A DNA stretch of 64,000 bases, taken from the NCBI GenBank assembly GCA_963732355.1, contig CAVSZD010000003.1, positions 76,370 to 140,369 of the forward strand, in the 5' to 3' direction. The translations under genes were made by a program, and so were the position numbers. This document shows, in pieces, positions 10,455-20,479 of the stretch. The notes beneath the pieces were generated by a model that was not told the origin of the DNA, ran no database searches, and worked only from the letters and a program-made list of their open reading frames with translations. Position 1 is the stretch's first letter; each line of letters opens with the position of its first letter. The DNA comes from an uncultured Actinomycetota bacterium. GTDB lineage: Bacteria > Actinomycetota > Actinomycetes > S36-B12 > UBA10799.

Positions 10455-11266
10455 GTCGCCACGTAGGCGAGAACCTGCTCGACCGGCTGATTGCGGAGGC
10501 TCAGGCCGACGACTACGCACTGGCCATCGAACAATCAGGCCAGCCCACCGCCGGTGGGGGCCGCGGGGTGGTTGGTGCACTGCTCTTCGCGGTGATCGGG
10601 CTTCTGCTGGCAGCTGCCTTCTGGCAGACACAGAGTGTGCAACCCGTGGCGGCCGAACGTCGAGCGGCGTTGGTTGGTCAGATCGAGTCGGCCACGACCG
10701 CGGCCCAGGAGGCGGAACTCCGGGCCACCACACTGCGCTCGACCGTCTCAGAACTGCAGCTACTTGCCACGCGAGGGCTCGGCGACGAGTTCGCGGATCA
10801 ACTGCGGGCGCTGGAGGTCGCATCGGGCTTCGTCGGGCTCGAGGGACCCGGTGCCGAACTGGTCATGGCCGATGGGAGCCCACCGCTACCCAAGGGGGTG
10901 GACCTCGATGAGGCCACGGTGCTGGACATCGACATGCAGACCGCGGTCAACGGTCTGTGGGAGGCTGGCGCTTACGCGATCGCCATCAACGACATCCGGC
11001 TCACCTCCATGACGGCGATCCGGACCGCAGGCCAGGCCATTCTGGTCGACTTCCGGCCGCTGGAACCGCCCTACCGGATCGCCGCCATCGGCCCGGAGGA
11101 TCTGGCCAGGCGTTTCGCCCGGACCCAGGCAAGTGATGATCTGGATCAGTTGCGCAAGGACTACGGCATACAGTCGGAGGTGGTCGCCGCCGACGCGGTG
11201 ACCGTCCCCGCTTCGACGGCGAATCTGCCGACCAAGGCGGAGGTCATGAAGGGTGGTGGCCGGTGA
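10451..11266 (+). CDS. DUF881-family membrane protein
   Basis: GTG at 10451 overlaps the upstream stop (GTGA). One TM then a coiled region and conserved C-terminal domain, paralogous to 11592-12257. The 9995 start of the ORF-track entry is an antisense/overlap artefact. Confidence 0.7.
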   Translation: MSRHVGENLLDRLIAEAQADDYALAIEQSGQPTAGGGRGVVGALLFAVIGLLLAAAFWQTQSVQPVAAERRAALVGQIESATTAAQEAELRATTLRSTVSELQLLATRGLGDEFADQLRALEVASGFVGLEGPGAELVMADGSPPLPKGVDLDEATVLDIDMQTAVNGLWEAGAYAIAINDIRLTSMTAIRTAGQAILVDFRPLEPPYRIAAIGPEDLARRFARTQASDDLDQLRKDYGIQSEVVAADAVTVPASTANLPTKAEVMKGGGR

Positions 11267-11595
11267 TCGCGTTGATCGGTCTGATCGTGGGCATCGTGCT
11301 GGGCGTGGTGTTCTCCCCGGAGGTCCCCACCTGGATGGACGCCTACCTGCCGGTGGCCGTCATCGCAGGTCTGGACGCAGTGTCGGGGGCCCTGCGGTCG
11401 ATGCTGGATGGCAACTTCTCCGACAAGGTCTTCGTCATCTCCTTCCTGGGCAACGTGGCCGTGGCCAGCGTTCTGGTATGGCTCGGTGACCAGCTCGGTG
11501 TCGGGGCGCAGATGTCCACGGGTGTGGTGGTCGTGCTGGCCATGCGGATCTTCGCCAATGCCGCAGCCATCCGCCGCAAGGTGTTCAAGGCATGA
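11263..11595 (+). CDS. sbp: small basic protein Sbp (DUF1290)
   Basis: 110-aa membrane protein between two DUF881 genes. AGLDAVSGALRSMLDGNFSDKVFV motif. Confidence 0.7.
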   Translation: MIALIGLIVGIVLGVVFSPEVPTWMDAYLPVAVIAGLDAVSGALRSMLDGNFSDKVFVISFLGNVAVASVLVWLGDQLGVGAQMSTGVVVVLAMRIFANAAAIRRKVFKA

Positions 11596-12257
11596 GGCGG
11601 CGCAAATGGGGCGTGGCGTTGGTGGCGGTCCTCATCGGCATGGGTGCGGTTGCTGTCGTGCAGGGCCAGGACACCAACGAGTTCCTCGCCACGGCGCGAG
11701 AACCCGACCTTGTGCGCTTGCTCGACGACCTGCAATCGCGCCAGACCCGCCTGGACGGTGAGATCCTGCGCTTGCAGGGGGCTGAGCAGAGGCTGCGTAC
11801 GGGCACAAGTGCCGAAGCGCTGCAGGAGACCCAGGAGCGGGCCAACGACCTGCGGGTGCTGGCCGGGACCACCGCGGTGCGTGGCCCGGGGATCATGATG
11901 CGCATCGAGGGTGAGGATTCGTTCTTCGCCTCGGACCTGCTGAACACCGTGCAGGAGTTGCGCGATGCCGGCGCCGAAGCCATCGAGGTCAACGGCCGCC
12001 GGGTGGTGGTGAACACGTGGTTCAGTGACACTGCCACTGGGATCTCGGTGAGCGGGGCCGCGATCGGGGCGCCTTATCAACTGATGGCCATTGGGGGACC
12101 GAGCACAATGGCCACGGCCATGCGCATCCCCGGAGGCATCGTGGACACGGTCCAATCCCAGGACGGATCGGTGGTCATCACCGAACTGGAGAAGGTCGAG
12201 ATCCTGAGCACGGTGAACCTGGCCGAGCCTGACCCCCAGGTCATTGTGACCGACTAG
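11592..12257 (+). CDS. DUF881-family membrane protein
   Basis: 221 aa, N-terminal TM, start overlaps the sbp stop. GPGIMMRIEG...AGAEAIEVNGRRVV motif is typical of DUF881. Confidence 0.7.
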   Translation: MRRRKWGVALVAVLIGMGAVAVVQGQDTNEFLATAREPDLVRLLDDLQSRQTRLDGEILRLQGAEQRLRTGTSAEALQETQERANDLRVLAGTTAVRGPGIMMRIEGEDSFFASDLLNTVQELRDAGAEAIEVNGRRVVVNTWFSDTATGISVSGAAIGAPYQLMAIGGPSTMATAMRIPGGIVDTVQSQDGSVVITELEKVEILSTVNLAEPDPQVIVTD

Positions 12258-12267
12258 GCTTTGGGGC

Positions 12268-12654
12268 ATGACCGCACCTGATGATCGACGTTTCACCCGT
12301 GAGCACGAGTGGATTCTGTCGCTGGAGAACGGAAACTTGAGGATCGGCATCACCGACTTCGCCCAGGACGCCCTCGGTGACGTTGTGTTCGTCTCGCTGC
12401 CGGAGGTCGGTACCTCCCTGCGCGCTGGGGACGCCTGTGGAGAGGTCGAATCGACCAAGAGTGTCAGCGAGATCTACGCCCCCGTGGATGGGACGGTTGT
12501 CGCGCGCAACGACGCTGTCGAGACCGCACCGGAGACGATCAACGCCGATCCGTACGAGGGCGGCTGGCTGTACGTGCTGGAACCCAGCGATCAGGAGGCG
12601 GTGGAGTCTCTGCTCAGTGCCCAGGACTACGAGGAACTGGTCGCCGGGAAATAG
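12268..12654 (+). CDS. gcvH: glycine cleavage system protein H
   Basis: 128 aa. EHEW...GITDFAQDALGDVVFV..., lipoyl-lysine motif ESTKSVSEIYAP. Confidence 0.9.
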   Translation: MTAPDDRRFTREHEWILSLENGNLRIGITDFAQDALGDVVFVSLPEVGTSLRAGDACGEVESTKSVSEIYAPVDGTVVARNDAVETAPETINADPYEGGWLYVLEPSDQEAVESLLSAQDYEELVAGK

Positions 12655-12687
12655 GCCGCTGAAGGCAGGATTCGTCGAGGGAGTCAC

Positions 12688-13173
12688 GTGAACAACCAGT
12701 GCATACGCTGTGGGCGTCCGCTCGAGCCTGAGGACCGCTTCTGTTCGGCATGCGGTGCCCCGCGGCCCCGCGACGACACCGACGCAACAGGTGTAGTCAT
12801 CGCTGAGGCTGCGGACACCGGCCCGATTCCGGTGGTGGAGGGTCTGTCCGGCTTGACCAAGGGTATGAGTGTCATCGTCGTGCAGCGAGGCCCGGAGATC
12901 GGGCAGCGCTTCGAACTGGCAGGCCCGCGTCTGACGGTAGGACGCGCCGCGGAATGCGACATCATGCTCGACGATGTCACGGTGAGTCGCCACCACGCCG
13001 AGTTCGTGGCGCAGGGTGATGGCTGGGCGCTGGTGGACCTAGGGTCGCTGAACGGCACCTACGTCAACCGAAACTCCGTGGAGCGTCACCTGCTGACCTC
13101 CGGTGACCTCGTTCAGATCGGCAAGTTCCGTCTGCAGTACTTGCACGCCGATGAGGATCACCCGGCTGAATGA
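12688..13173 (+). CDS. garA: FHA-domain protein (GarA/OdhI-like) with N-terminal CxxC...CxxC zinc ribbon
   Basis: C-terminal FHA domain (TVGRAAECDIMLDDVTVSRHHAEF...DLGSLNGTYVN). N-terminus CIRCGRPLEPEDRFCSACG. Position after gcvH as in mycobacteria. Confidence 0.75.
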   Translation: MNNQCIRCGRPLEPEDRFCSACGAPRPRDDTDATGVVIAEAADTGPIPVVEGLSGLTKGMSVIVVQRGPEIGQRFELAGPRLTVGRAAECDIMLDDVTVSRHHAEFVAQGDGWALVDLGSLNGTYVNRNSVERHLLTSGDLVQIGKFRLQYLHADEDHPAE

Positions 13174-13841
13174 GCAAGCAGATGTTTGGAATCGGGGAGA
13201 CCGTCTCCTCCCTGCGCGCGCAGTTTCCGGATATCAGTGTGAGCAAGATCCGGTTCCTGGAGGCCGAAGGGCTGGTCGAACCGCTGCGGACGCCATCGGG
13301 GTACCGCAAGTACACACCCGCCCACGTTGACCGGATCCGGTATGTGCTGACGATGCAGCGCGACCACTACCTGCCGCTACGGGTGATCGCTGAGCATCTT
13401 GATGCTCTCGATAGGGGTCTGACACCGCCCGAACCCGCGGATTCGACACCCTCGGCAGCCGCGATCACGGCAGCCGACCCGGATCTGCGCAGTCTCGACA
13501 CCGGCGTACGGTTGCTGGCCGACGAGTTGTGTCGGGAATCGGGGCTCTCCAAACCGGAATTGACCGACGCCATCGCGATCGGTGTGCTTCCCGCGGCCGA
13601 GGTCTACTCCTTGGACGATCTGGAGACGGCTCGTGGACTCGCCGCACTGGTCGAGTGTGGGGTGCCCGTGCGTAACACCCGGCCCATGGCACTGGCGGTC
13701 AACCGTGAACTCGATCTGTACGCCACCGCCCTGGGCAAGGTCCGCCGTGGCGAGTCCGACGAAGAGTTCGCGCAGCGATCCCAGAGTCTGGCCACAGCCA
13801 TCATCAGGGTGCATGTGGCTCTGCTGCGCGCTGGTCTGTGA
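13170..13841 (+). CDS. MerR-family transcriptional regulator (FtsR/Rv1828-like)
   Basis: N-terminal MerR HTH (FGIGETVSSLRAQFPDISVSKIRFLEAEGLVEPLRTPSGYRKY). Conserved position after the FHA gene. Confidence 0.7.
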   Translation: MSKQMFGIGETVSSLRAQFPDISVSKIRFLEAEGLVEPLRTPSGYRKYTPAHVDRIRYVLTMQRDHYLPLRVIAEHLDALDRGLTPPEPADSTPSAAAITAADPDLRSLDTGVRLLADELCRESGLSKPELTDAIAIGVLPAAEVYSLDDLETARGLAALVECGVPVRNTRPMALAVNRELDLYATALGKVRRGESDEEFAQRSQSLATAIIRVHVALLRAGL

Positions 13842-13895
13842 CGGTAGGCCTCGCGTGCCGGTGGCCGCCGGCACGGTTGGGCGTAGAGTGAACGG

Positions 13896-14381
13896 GTGCG
13901 CGCGGTTGAGGTCGTCGGAGTGCGGGTTGAGATGCCGTCCAACCAGCCAATCGTCCTGCTACGGGACGCGGAGTCGGAGAAGTTCTTACCGATCTGGATA
14001 GGGGCGGTCGAGGCCACCGCGATCGCATTCGCCCAGCAAGGCGTGCAGCCCGAGCGGCCTCTCACCCACGATCTGCTGCGCGATGTCCTGGAATCGCTCG
14101 GACGCTCGGTGGTCCGGGTGGATATCACCGAGCTGCGCGACGGGATCTTCTTTGCAGAGTTGGTGTTCGACAACGGTGTGACAGTCTCCGCCAGACCCTC
14201 GGATGCGATCGCCCTTGCGCTTCGGACAGCTTCGCCCTTGTTCGCGGCCGAATCGGTCCTCGAGCAGGCCGGGATCGAGATGCCTGCCGAGGAGGAGGAA
14301 GAAGAGGCCGAGGTTGAGGCCTTCCGGGAGTTCCTGGACCATGTGACGCCTGAAGATTTCGAGGGCGGAAGCGATCAGTGA
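13896..14381 (+). CDS. bifunctional nuclease family protein (DUF151)
   Basis: 161 aa. PIVLLRDAESEKFLPIWIGAVEATAIAFAQQG is typical of the BFN/DUF151 domain. Acidic tail. Confidence 0.7.
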   Translation: MRAVEVVGVRVEMPSNQPIVLLRDAESEKFLPIWIGAVEATAIAFAQQGVQPERPLTHDLLRDVLESLGRSVVRVDITELRDGIFFAELVFDNGVTVSARPSDAIALALRTASPLFAAESVLEQAGIEMPAEEEEEEAEVEAFREFLDHVTPEDFEGGSDQ

Positions 14382-14514
14382 CTAAATCTCTACTAGAGGT
14401 TGAGGTATTCGTAGCCGTGAAGTGGGCGTGTCGGTCGCGTGGTGTGCACCGATCGCCCTACGTTGTGAGATGACTAGTCCCGCTGGGGTCACCAGGACAG
14501 CCGAGGAGAAGTAG

Positions 14515-15078
14515 ATGAACGAGGCAGCCGCCGACTCGCCAGCCGTGGCCGAAGCCGAACAGCAGGAATTGTTCGCCGATGACCGGCAGGTTCCCGACGA
14601 TGCCGGCTACCGGGCCCCGGTGGTGGCCAAACTGGTCGGGATCACCTATCGCCAGCTCGACTACTGGGCCCGCACTGAACTGGTCGAACCCAGTTTGCGC
14701 TCGGCATCCGGTTCCGGCTCGCAGCGTCTCTACAACTTCCGGGACATCGTCACTCTCAAAATCGTGAAGCGGTTGCTCGAAACGGGTGTGACCCTGCAGC
14801 AGATCCGCACGGCTCTTGAGCATCTGCGATCCAGTGGGGTGACCGACCTGTCCCAGATCACGTTGATGAGCGACGGTGCCAGTGTCTATGAGTGCCGCAG
14901 CCCGGAGGACGTGATCGATCTCGTCCACGGTGGACAAGGAGTGTTCGGCATTGCGGTGGGTGCGGTGTGGCGCGAGGTGCAGGCCGATTTGGCCTCACTG
15001 CCCGCAGAGCGCGCGCAGGGCGGTACTAGCGTTGGTGAGGACGAGTTGTCGCGCAGACGCGCACGCAAGATTGGATAA
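14515..15078 (+). CDS. MerR-family transcriptional regulator (Rv1830-like)
   Basis: MerR HTH VAKLVGITYRQLDYWARTELVEPS...GSGSQRLYNFRDIVTLKIV. Confidence 0.75.
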   Translation: MNEAAADSPAVAEAEQQELFADDRQVPDDAGYRAPVVAKLVGITYRQLDYWARTELVEPSLRSASGSGSQRLYNFRDIVTLKIVKRLLETGVTLQQIRTALEHLRSSGVTDLSQITLMSDGASVYECRSPEDVIDLVHGGQGVFGIAVGAVWREVQADLASLPAERAQGGTSVGEDELSRRRARKIG

Positions 15079-17871
15079 CCACCACGTTCACCGACCGGCA
15101 CATTGGCCCTGACCACCCCGACCAGCAGCAGATGCTGGAAGCTCTTGGTTTCAGCAGCCTCGATGATCTGATGAATGCGGTGGTCCCCGCCGACATCCGC
15201 ACCCAGGCGCCCTTGGACCTGCCAGGCCCGCTCGAGGAACCGCAGGCGCTGGAGGCACTGCGCCAGTTGGCCGGGCTCAACCGGCCGCGAAAATCGCTGA
15301 TCGGCCTGGGATACCACAACACGATCACCCCGGCGGTCATCAAACGTAACGTTCTGCAGAACCCGGCCTGGTACACCGCGTACACCCCCTACCAGCCGGA
15401 GATCTCCCAAGGACGGCTGGAAGGCCTTCTGACGTTCCAGACGCTGGTGTCGGACCTGACCGGCTTGCCCGTGGCGAACGCTTCATTGCTGGACGAGCCC
15501 ACGGCCGCGGCCGAGGCGATGGCGCTGGCCCACCGCAGCGGTAAGGGCGATGTGTTTGTTGTGGACCGTGATCTCCACCCCACGACAATGGCAGTGCTCA
15601 CGACCCGCGCAGAGCCGATCGGAATCGTCCTGCAGGTCCGCGACGTGTTCAGTGACGACCTGCCGGCTGACTGCTTCGGGGTGCTGGTCGGGTATCCCAC
15701 GGGGACTGGCGCGGTGCGTGATCTCACGCAGTTGGCCGAGCGGACGCACGCCGGTGGTGCCCTTCTGGCGGTCACAGCCGACATCTTGGCCCTGGTCTTG
15801 CTGCGTGCCCCCGGTGACATGGGTGCCGACATCGTTGTGGGATCGGCTCAGCGCTTCGGAGTGCCGATGGGGTTCGGCGGCCCGCACGCGGCGTTCTTGG
15901 GTGTGCGCAAGGGTCTCGAACGACAGATCCCCGGGCGCATGGTGGGGGTGAGCGTCGACTCGGCCGGCAACCCTGGACTACGGCTGGCCCTGCAGACCCG
16001 GGAACAGCACATCCGCCGGGATCGGGCCACCTCCAACATCTGCACCTCGCAGGTCCTGCTGGCCCTGGTCGCGGCCTTCTACGCGCAGTACCACGGGCCA
16101 AGCGGGCTGGCTGACATCGCGCAGAAGGTGCATGCAAGGGCGGCGAGCCTGGCCGCGGGGCTGCAGGCCGGCGGGCACGCACTGGTGCACGAGGAGTTCT
16201 TCGACACTGTGGTCGTGCTTCATGCCGACCCGGAAGCGGTCATCGAGGCAGCGGCGGAACGCGGTCTGGACCTGCGCGGCCTTGACGGCGCGGTCGGGAT
16301 CACCTGCGATGAGGTGACAGACGAGGAGGATGTCGCGGCGGTGCTCGACTGCTTCGGCTGTGTGCCGGTTGCACGGTCCCAGCCGGATCCCTGCTGCCTT
16401 GCAGCGCACCGAGCCCCTGCTTGCCTACCCGCCGTTCAGTGGGTATCACAACGAGACGGCCATGATGCGCTACCTGCGCCGACTCTCGGACATGGATCTT
16501 GCTCTTGACCGCACGATGATCCCCTTGGGCTCCTGCACCATGAAGTTGAATGCCGCCACCGAGATGGAGGCGATGACCTGGCCGGAGTTCGCCCAGTTGC
16601 ACCCGTTCGCTCCCGAGGACGAGTCCAGGGGGACCAGAGCGTTGATCAAAGACGTTGAGGACTGGCTGGCGCAGGCCACCGGTTACGACAAGGTCAGCGT
16701 GCAGCCCAACGCCGGGTCGCAGGGGGAGTTCGCCGGACTGCTGGCGATCAGGGGCTACCACCGTTCCCGTGGTGACCAGGGCCGAGTGGTGTGCCTGGTG
16801 CCGAGCAGCGCACACGGCACCAATGCCGCCAGTGCGGTCATGGCCGGGCTCAAGGTCGTCGTGGTCCGCTGCACGGATGATGGTGACGTCGACATCGAGG
16901 ATGTGCGGGCCAAGGTCGAGGAACACGGGGACCGTCTGGCCGCCATCATGCTCACCTACCCCTCCACGCACGGGGTGTTCGAGACGGGGCTGCGCGAGAT
17001 CTGCGAGATCGTGCACGGCGCAGGTGGGCAGGTCTACGTCGATGGTGCGAATATGAACGCCTTGCTGGGCCTGGTACGACTGCCCGAGGCCGGAGCGGAT
17101 GTCTCGCACCTCAACCTGCACAAGACCTTCTGCATCCCCCACGGGGGAGGTGGGCCCGGCGTGGGTCCGGTAGCCGTGAAGGCGCACCTGGCCGACTTCT
17201 TGCCCGGACACCCACTGGTGCCCGAAGCCGGGCCGACGGGTCAGGCTCCGGTGTCCGGCGCTCCGTGGGGCAGTGCCGGTGTGCTGATGATCCCGTGGAT
17301 GTACCTGCAGTTGATGGGTGGCGAAGGGCTCACACAGGCCACGAAGGTGGCCATCTTGTCGGCCAACTACATCGCCACCCGGCTTGCCGATCACTACCCG
17401 CTGCTGTACTCCGGCGATGGGCTGGTCGCACACGAGTGTCTTCTGGATCTACGGGGGATAACGAGGGCGACGCAGGTGACCGTGGACGACGTGGCCAAGC
17501 GGCTCATCGACTACGGATTCCACGCCCCGACCATGTCGTTCCCGGTGGCCGGAACCCTGATGGTGGAGCCCACCGAGAGTGAGGACCTTCGGGAGATCGA
17601 ACGCTTCTGCGAAGCGATGATCGCCATCCGTGCCGAGATCACCGCGATCGAGGAGGGCCGGATCGCAGTGGAGGACAGCGCCCTGCGCCATGCTCCGCAC
17701 ACCGCCGAGTCGCTGGTCAGCCAATGGGATCGCGCTTACAGTCGGCGCGAGGCCGTTTTCCCGACCGGTACCGCCGCCGCCAAGTACTGGCCACCAGTGG
17801 GCCGGATCGACAACGCCTACGGCGACCGGAACCTGCATTGCACCTGTGCGCCTGTGAGCGACTACACCTGA
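15071..17871 (+). pseudogene. gcvP: glycine dehydrogenase (decarboxylating) GcvP. The frame is broken by a +1 shift near 16355-16385, and probably by another at the 5' end (about 15079-15081).
   Basis: Two overlapping ORFs (15132-16508, 16330-17871) together give a full-length GcvP. The conserved FTDRHIGP lies upstream of the first ATG with no canonical in-frame start. The conserved [32 protein letters not shown] resumes in the +1 frame. Confidence 0.85.
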
Positions 17872-17898
17872 GGTACTGGTTGCGTAGGCTGCTCACCA

Positions 17899-19455
17899 AT
17901 GTTCAGCACTGAGACCTTGAATGTCGCCACCTATGTGATCCTCGCGGTGGCACTGGCCGGGATCTGCCGCAACCGGGGCTGGTCCTCGGCGATCCCGCTG
18001 CTCATCGCGGGGATCGTCGTGGGTCTGGCCCCGTTCGCCCCGTCCGGTCCGGCTGAACCCGAGTTGTTCCTCGTGCTGATCCTGGCCCCGCTCGTGTTCG
18101 GCGAGGGCCTGACCAGTTCCATCGTGGACCTGCGTCGCGTGAGCAAGCCCGTGGTGGCCCTTGCGGTTGGGCTGGTGGTGTTCGGGGCGGTGCTCGTCGG
18201 GATGGTGACCGCGTGGTTGATCCCCGGGATCTGGGTATCCATGGCGTTCGCCCTCGGGGCCATCCTCGGCCCGACGGATGCGGTGGCGGTCTCGGCAACT
18301 GCCCGTAAGGCCGGTCTGCCCCGGCGTCTGGTGAACATCCTCGAAGGCGAAAGCCTGGTGAATGACGGCACTGCGCTGACGCTGCTTCGCGTGGCTTCGG
18401 TGGCTGCTGCGGCCGGAAGTGTTACGGCGCTGGAAGGGACGATGATCCTGCTCAGTTCCGTGGTCGGCGGTGTTCTGGTGGGGGTCGGCACTGGCTGGCT
18501 CTTGACCCAGGTGGTCAAGCGTGGCCGGGACTCGACGGTGACCAACGCGTTGATCCTCATCGCACCTCTGCCGGTGTACCTCGCAGCTGAGGCAGTGGAA
18601 GGTTCGGGCATCCTTGCTGTCGTTCTGGCCGCACTGGTGGTGGCCCATGGAAGTTCCAACGAGGTGGAGTACACCGGCCGGTTGCAGGCCTCGGGGCTGT
18701 GGCTGACCGTCACGTTCGTGCTGCAGACCGGTGCCTTCTTCCTGGTGGGTCTGGAGATGCCGCTTGTCATCGAACAGCTGCCCGCAGATCAACTGTGGTT
18801 GTTGGCCATCGCAGTGCCCACCGTCTTCCTGACACTGGTCGCCGCGAGGTTCGCCTTCGTGTACCTCATGGCGTTGCTGAGCGGGGGCGACATGCGCAAG
18901 CCCGAGTGGCTGGTGGCCGCTTGGGCGGGAACCCGGGGGCCCGTGTCGGCCTTGGCTGCGTTCACGCTGCCGGTCACCACGCTGTCGGGGGAGGTCATCC
19001 CGGGACGCGCGATGGTGATCAGCATCACATTCGGCGTGGTGTTCCTGTCCCTTCTGCTGGCTCCGACGGTTGCCTGGCTGGCCGCACGTCTGAAGCTGGA
19101 GCAGGACGACGATTCGGCGACTCGTCGTCACGTGCGGGTGACGCTTGCCCGAGCCGCTCTCGACCGTCTTGAGGAGTTGGAGGAGCAGTCGCAGCGGGCG
19201 GGCGAACCCCTGTCGGGCTCGGTGGTACGACGTCTTCGGGAGGGCGCGGAGGCCAGGTTGGACCGTGCTGCAGCGATCGCGGAGGGGGACAGGCGTCGCC
19301 ACGAGCACATGGTCAGCGCCAAGGCGGTGGGTGTGGAGATGATGCGCGCCGAGCAGGAAGAACTGCTCAGGCTGCGCGACAGCGAGGGGCTGGCCGACGA
19401 GATCGTCCGGGAAATGCAGCAGGAGATCGACGCCCGGATCAGGGCGCTCAACTAG
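17899..19455 (+). CDS. Na+/H+ antiporter (CPA1/NhaP type) with C-terminal cytoplasmic coiled region
   Basis: 518 aa, multi-TM. ILGPTDAVAV and ESLVNDGTALTLL motifs are typical of CPA1 exchangers. Confidence 0.8.
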   Translation: MFSTETLNVATYVILAVALAGICRNRGWSSAIPLLIAGIVVGLAPFAPSGPAEPELFLVLILAPLVFGEGLTSSIVDLRRVSKPVVALAVGLVVFGAVLVGMVTAWLIPGIWVSMAFALGAILGPTDAVAVSATARKAGLPRRLVNILEGESLVNDGTALTLLRVASVAAAAGSVTALEGTMILLSSVVGGVLVGVGTGWLLTQVVKRGRDSTVTNALILIAPLPVYLAAEAVEGSGILAVVLAALVVAHGSSNEVEYTGRLQASGLWLTVTFVLQTGAFFLVGLEMPLVIEQLPADQLWLLAIAVPTVFLTLVAARFAFVYLMALLSGGDMRKPEWLVAAWAGTRGPVSALAAFTLPVTTLSGEVIPGRAMVISITFGVVFLSLLLAPTVAWLAARLKLEQDDDSATRRHVRVTLARAALDRLEELEEQSQRAGEPLSGSVVRRLREGAEARLDRAAAIAEGDRRRHEHMVSAKAVGVEMMRAEQEELLRLRDSEGLADEIVREMQQEIDARIRALN

Positions 19456-19988
19456 GTCCTGCCCTCTTCCTCCTGGGCCTGCGCCAAGAGATCGAGCTGC
19501 TGTACGGGTTCGTCCATCCAGGTCGCCTGAAGCACCGGCAGCCCAAGCTCGCGCAGGTGTTCGACCACTCGCAGGTCGTCGTCGATCACCGCCGCGATCG
19601 TGGCGTGAGCCGCTATCTGGGTGATCACGTCGGCCTTGTAGTAGCGGGCTGGCCGGCGGTCCCGGTTCGGGCGCATGTGCAGGTCGGCCTCTGGGAAGCC
19701 CTGCTCGCGCAGCCAGTCGCGGGTGTCGCGCCGGCAACGGCTGGGGCGCCCCGTGACGTACACGATCCGCGAGCCTGCGGACAATGCCTCCTTGACCGCG
19801 GCCCGACCCTGCTCCAGGACGGGGTCGTCCACGGCAGCGGAGAAGAATCCGTGCCAGTCCTTGGGCCGGGTGGCCAGGAAGTGCAATCGGTGCCGGACGT
19901 CGGCGAGCACTCCATCGATGTCGAACACAGTCACCGTCACCCCCCGACGGTAACGGCTGACAGGCACTGGTGGAATGCTCGTGGCCAT
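19452..19988 (-). CDS. HAD-superfamily phosphatase-like protein
   Basis: An internal ATG at 19988 precedes motif I, VTVFDIDGVLAD (DxDxV). Later YVTGRP and IDDD motifs. The longer 20078 start would overlap the divergent neighbour. Confidence 0.5.
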   Translation of the reverse strand: MATSIPPVPVSRYRRGVTVTVFDIDGVLADVRHRLHFLATRPKDWHGFFSAAVDDPVLEQGRAAVKEALSAGSRIVYVTGRPSRCRRDTRDWLREQGFPEADLHMRPNRDRRPARYYKADVITQIAAHATIAAVIDDDLRVVEHLRELGLPVLQATWMDEPVQQLDLLAQAQEEEGRT

Positions 19989-20433
19989 GGACTTTGAGGC
20001 TGTTAAGGCGAGTCTGCCCACCCTGGTTCCGATGGTCGCGACGTTGTCGCTGGAGTTCCTGGAACTTGACGCGAACACTGCTGTACTGAGGTTGCCGGAT
20101 CAGAAGGAGTACCACAATCACATCGGCGGGCCCCACGCCGGAGCGATGTTCACGCTGGGGGAGTCCGCCTCCGGTGCCCTGGTCCTGGGCAACTTCGCCG
20201 AGCACCTGTCCGTGGTCACGCCCCTGGCAGTCGAGGCCAACATCGCCTACAAGAAGGTCGCCATGGGCCCCGTGGTGGCCACAGCGGTGATGAGCAGGCC
20301 CGCCGATCAGATCCTGGCCGAACTGCACGGCGGTGCCCGTCCTGAATTCCAGGTGGACATCACCATCGCCGATGCGCAGGGCAACGTCACTGGGCAGATG
20401 TATGTGATCTGGACGCTCAAGCCCAATCGTTGA
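19987..20433 (+). CDS. hotdog-fold thioesterase (PaaI/DUF4442-like)
   Basis: About 148 aa. HNHIGGPHAGAMFTLGESASGALVLG is typical of PaaI/YiiD_C hotdog proteins. Start ambiguous (19975 or 19987). Confidence 0.5.
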   Translation: MDFEAVKASLPTLVPMVATLSLEFLELDANTAVLRLPDQKEYHNHIGGPHAGAMFTLGESASGALVLGNFAEHLSVVTPLAVEANIAYKKVAMGPVVATAVMSRPADQILAELHGGARPEFQVDITIADAQGNVTGQMYVIWTLKPNR

Positions 20434-20479
20434 ACCAGTCAGCGCTCACTAGACTGGGCACGTATTCGCGAAGAAGGGT

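Noticed and set aside
9995-11266. 423-aa + strand ORF implying a long N-terminal extension of the DUF881 protein
   Set aside because: The extension overlaps the CDP-alcohol transferase out of frame. A GTG at 10451 (GTGA overlap) gives a typical DUF881 protein.
15039-15131. Glycine riboswitch upstream of gcvP (or of gcvH at 12258-12267)
   Set aside because: There is essentially no intergenic space. The gcvP conserved coding sequence starts within 10 nt of the upstream merR stop, and gcvH is 10 nt from the preceding gene. No GGAGAG...CACCG-type motifs were seen.
17893-20328. 811-aa ORF on the - strand
   Set aside because: It lies antisense to the Na+/H+ antiporter, the HAD phosphatase region and the thioesterase. 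Its R/G/P/H-rich low-complexity translation is typical of shadow ORFs in high-G+C DNA. The + strand genes have clear family motifs.
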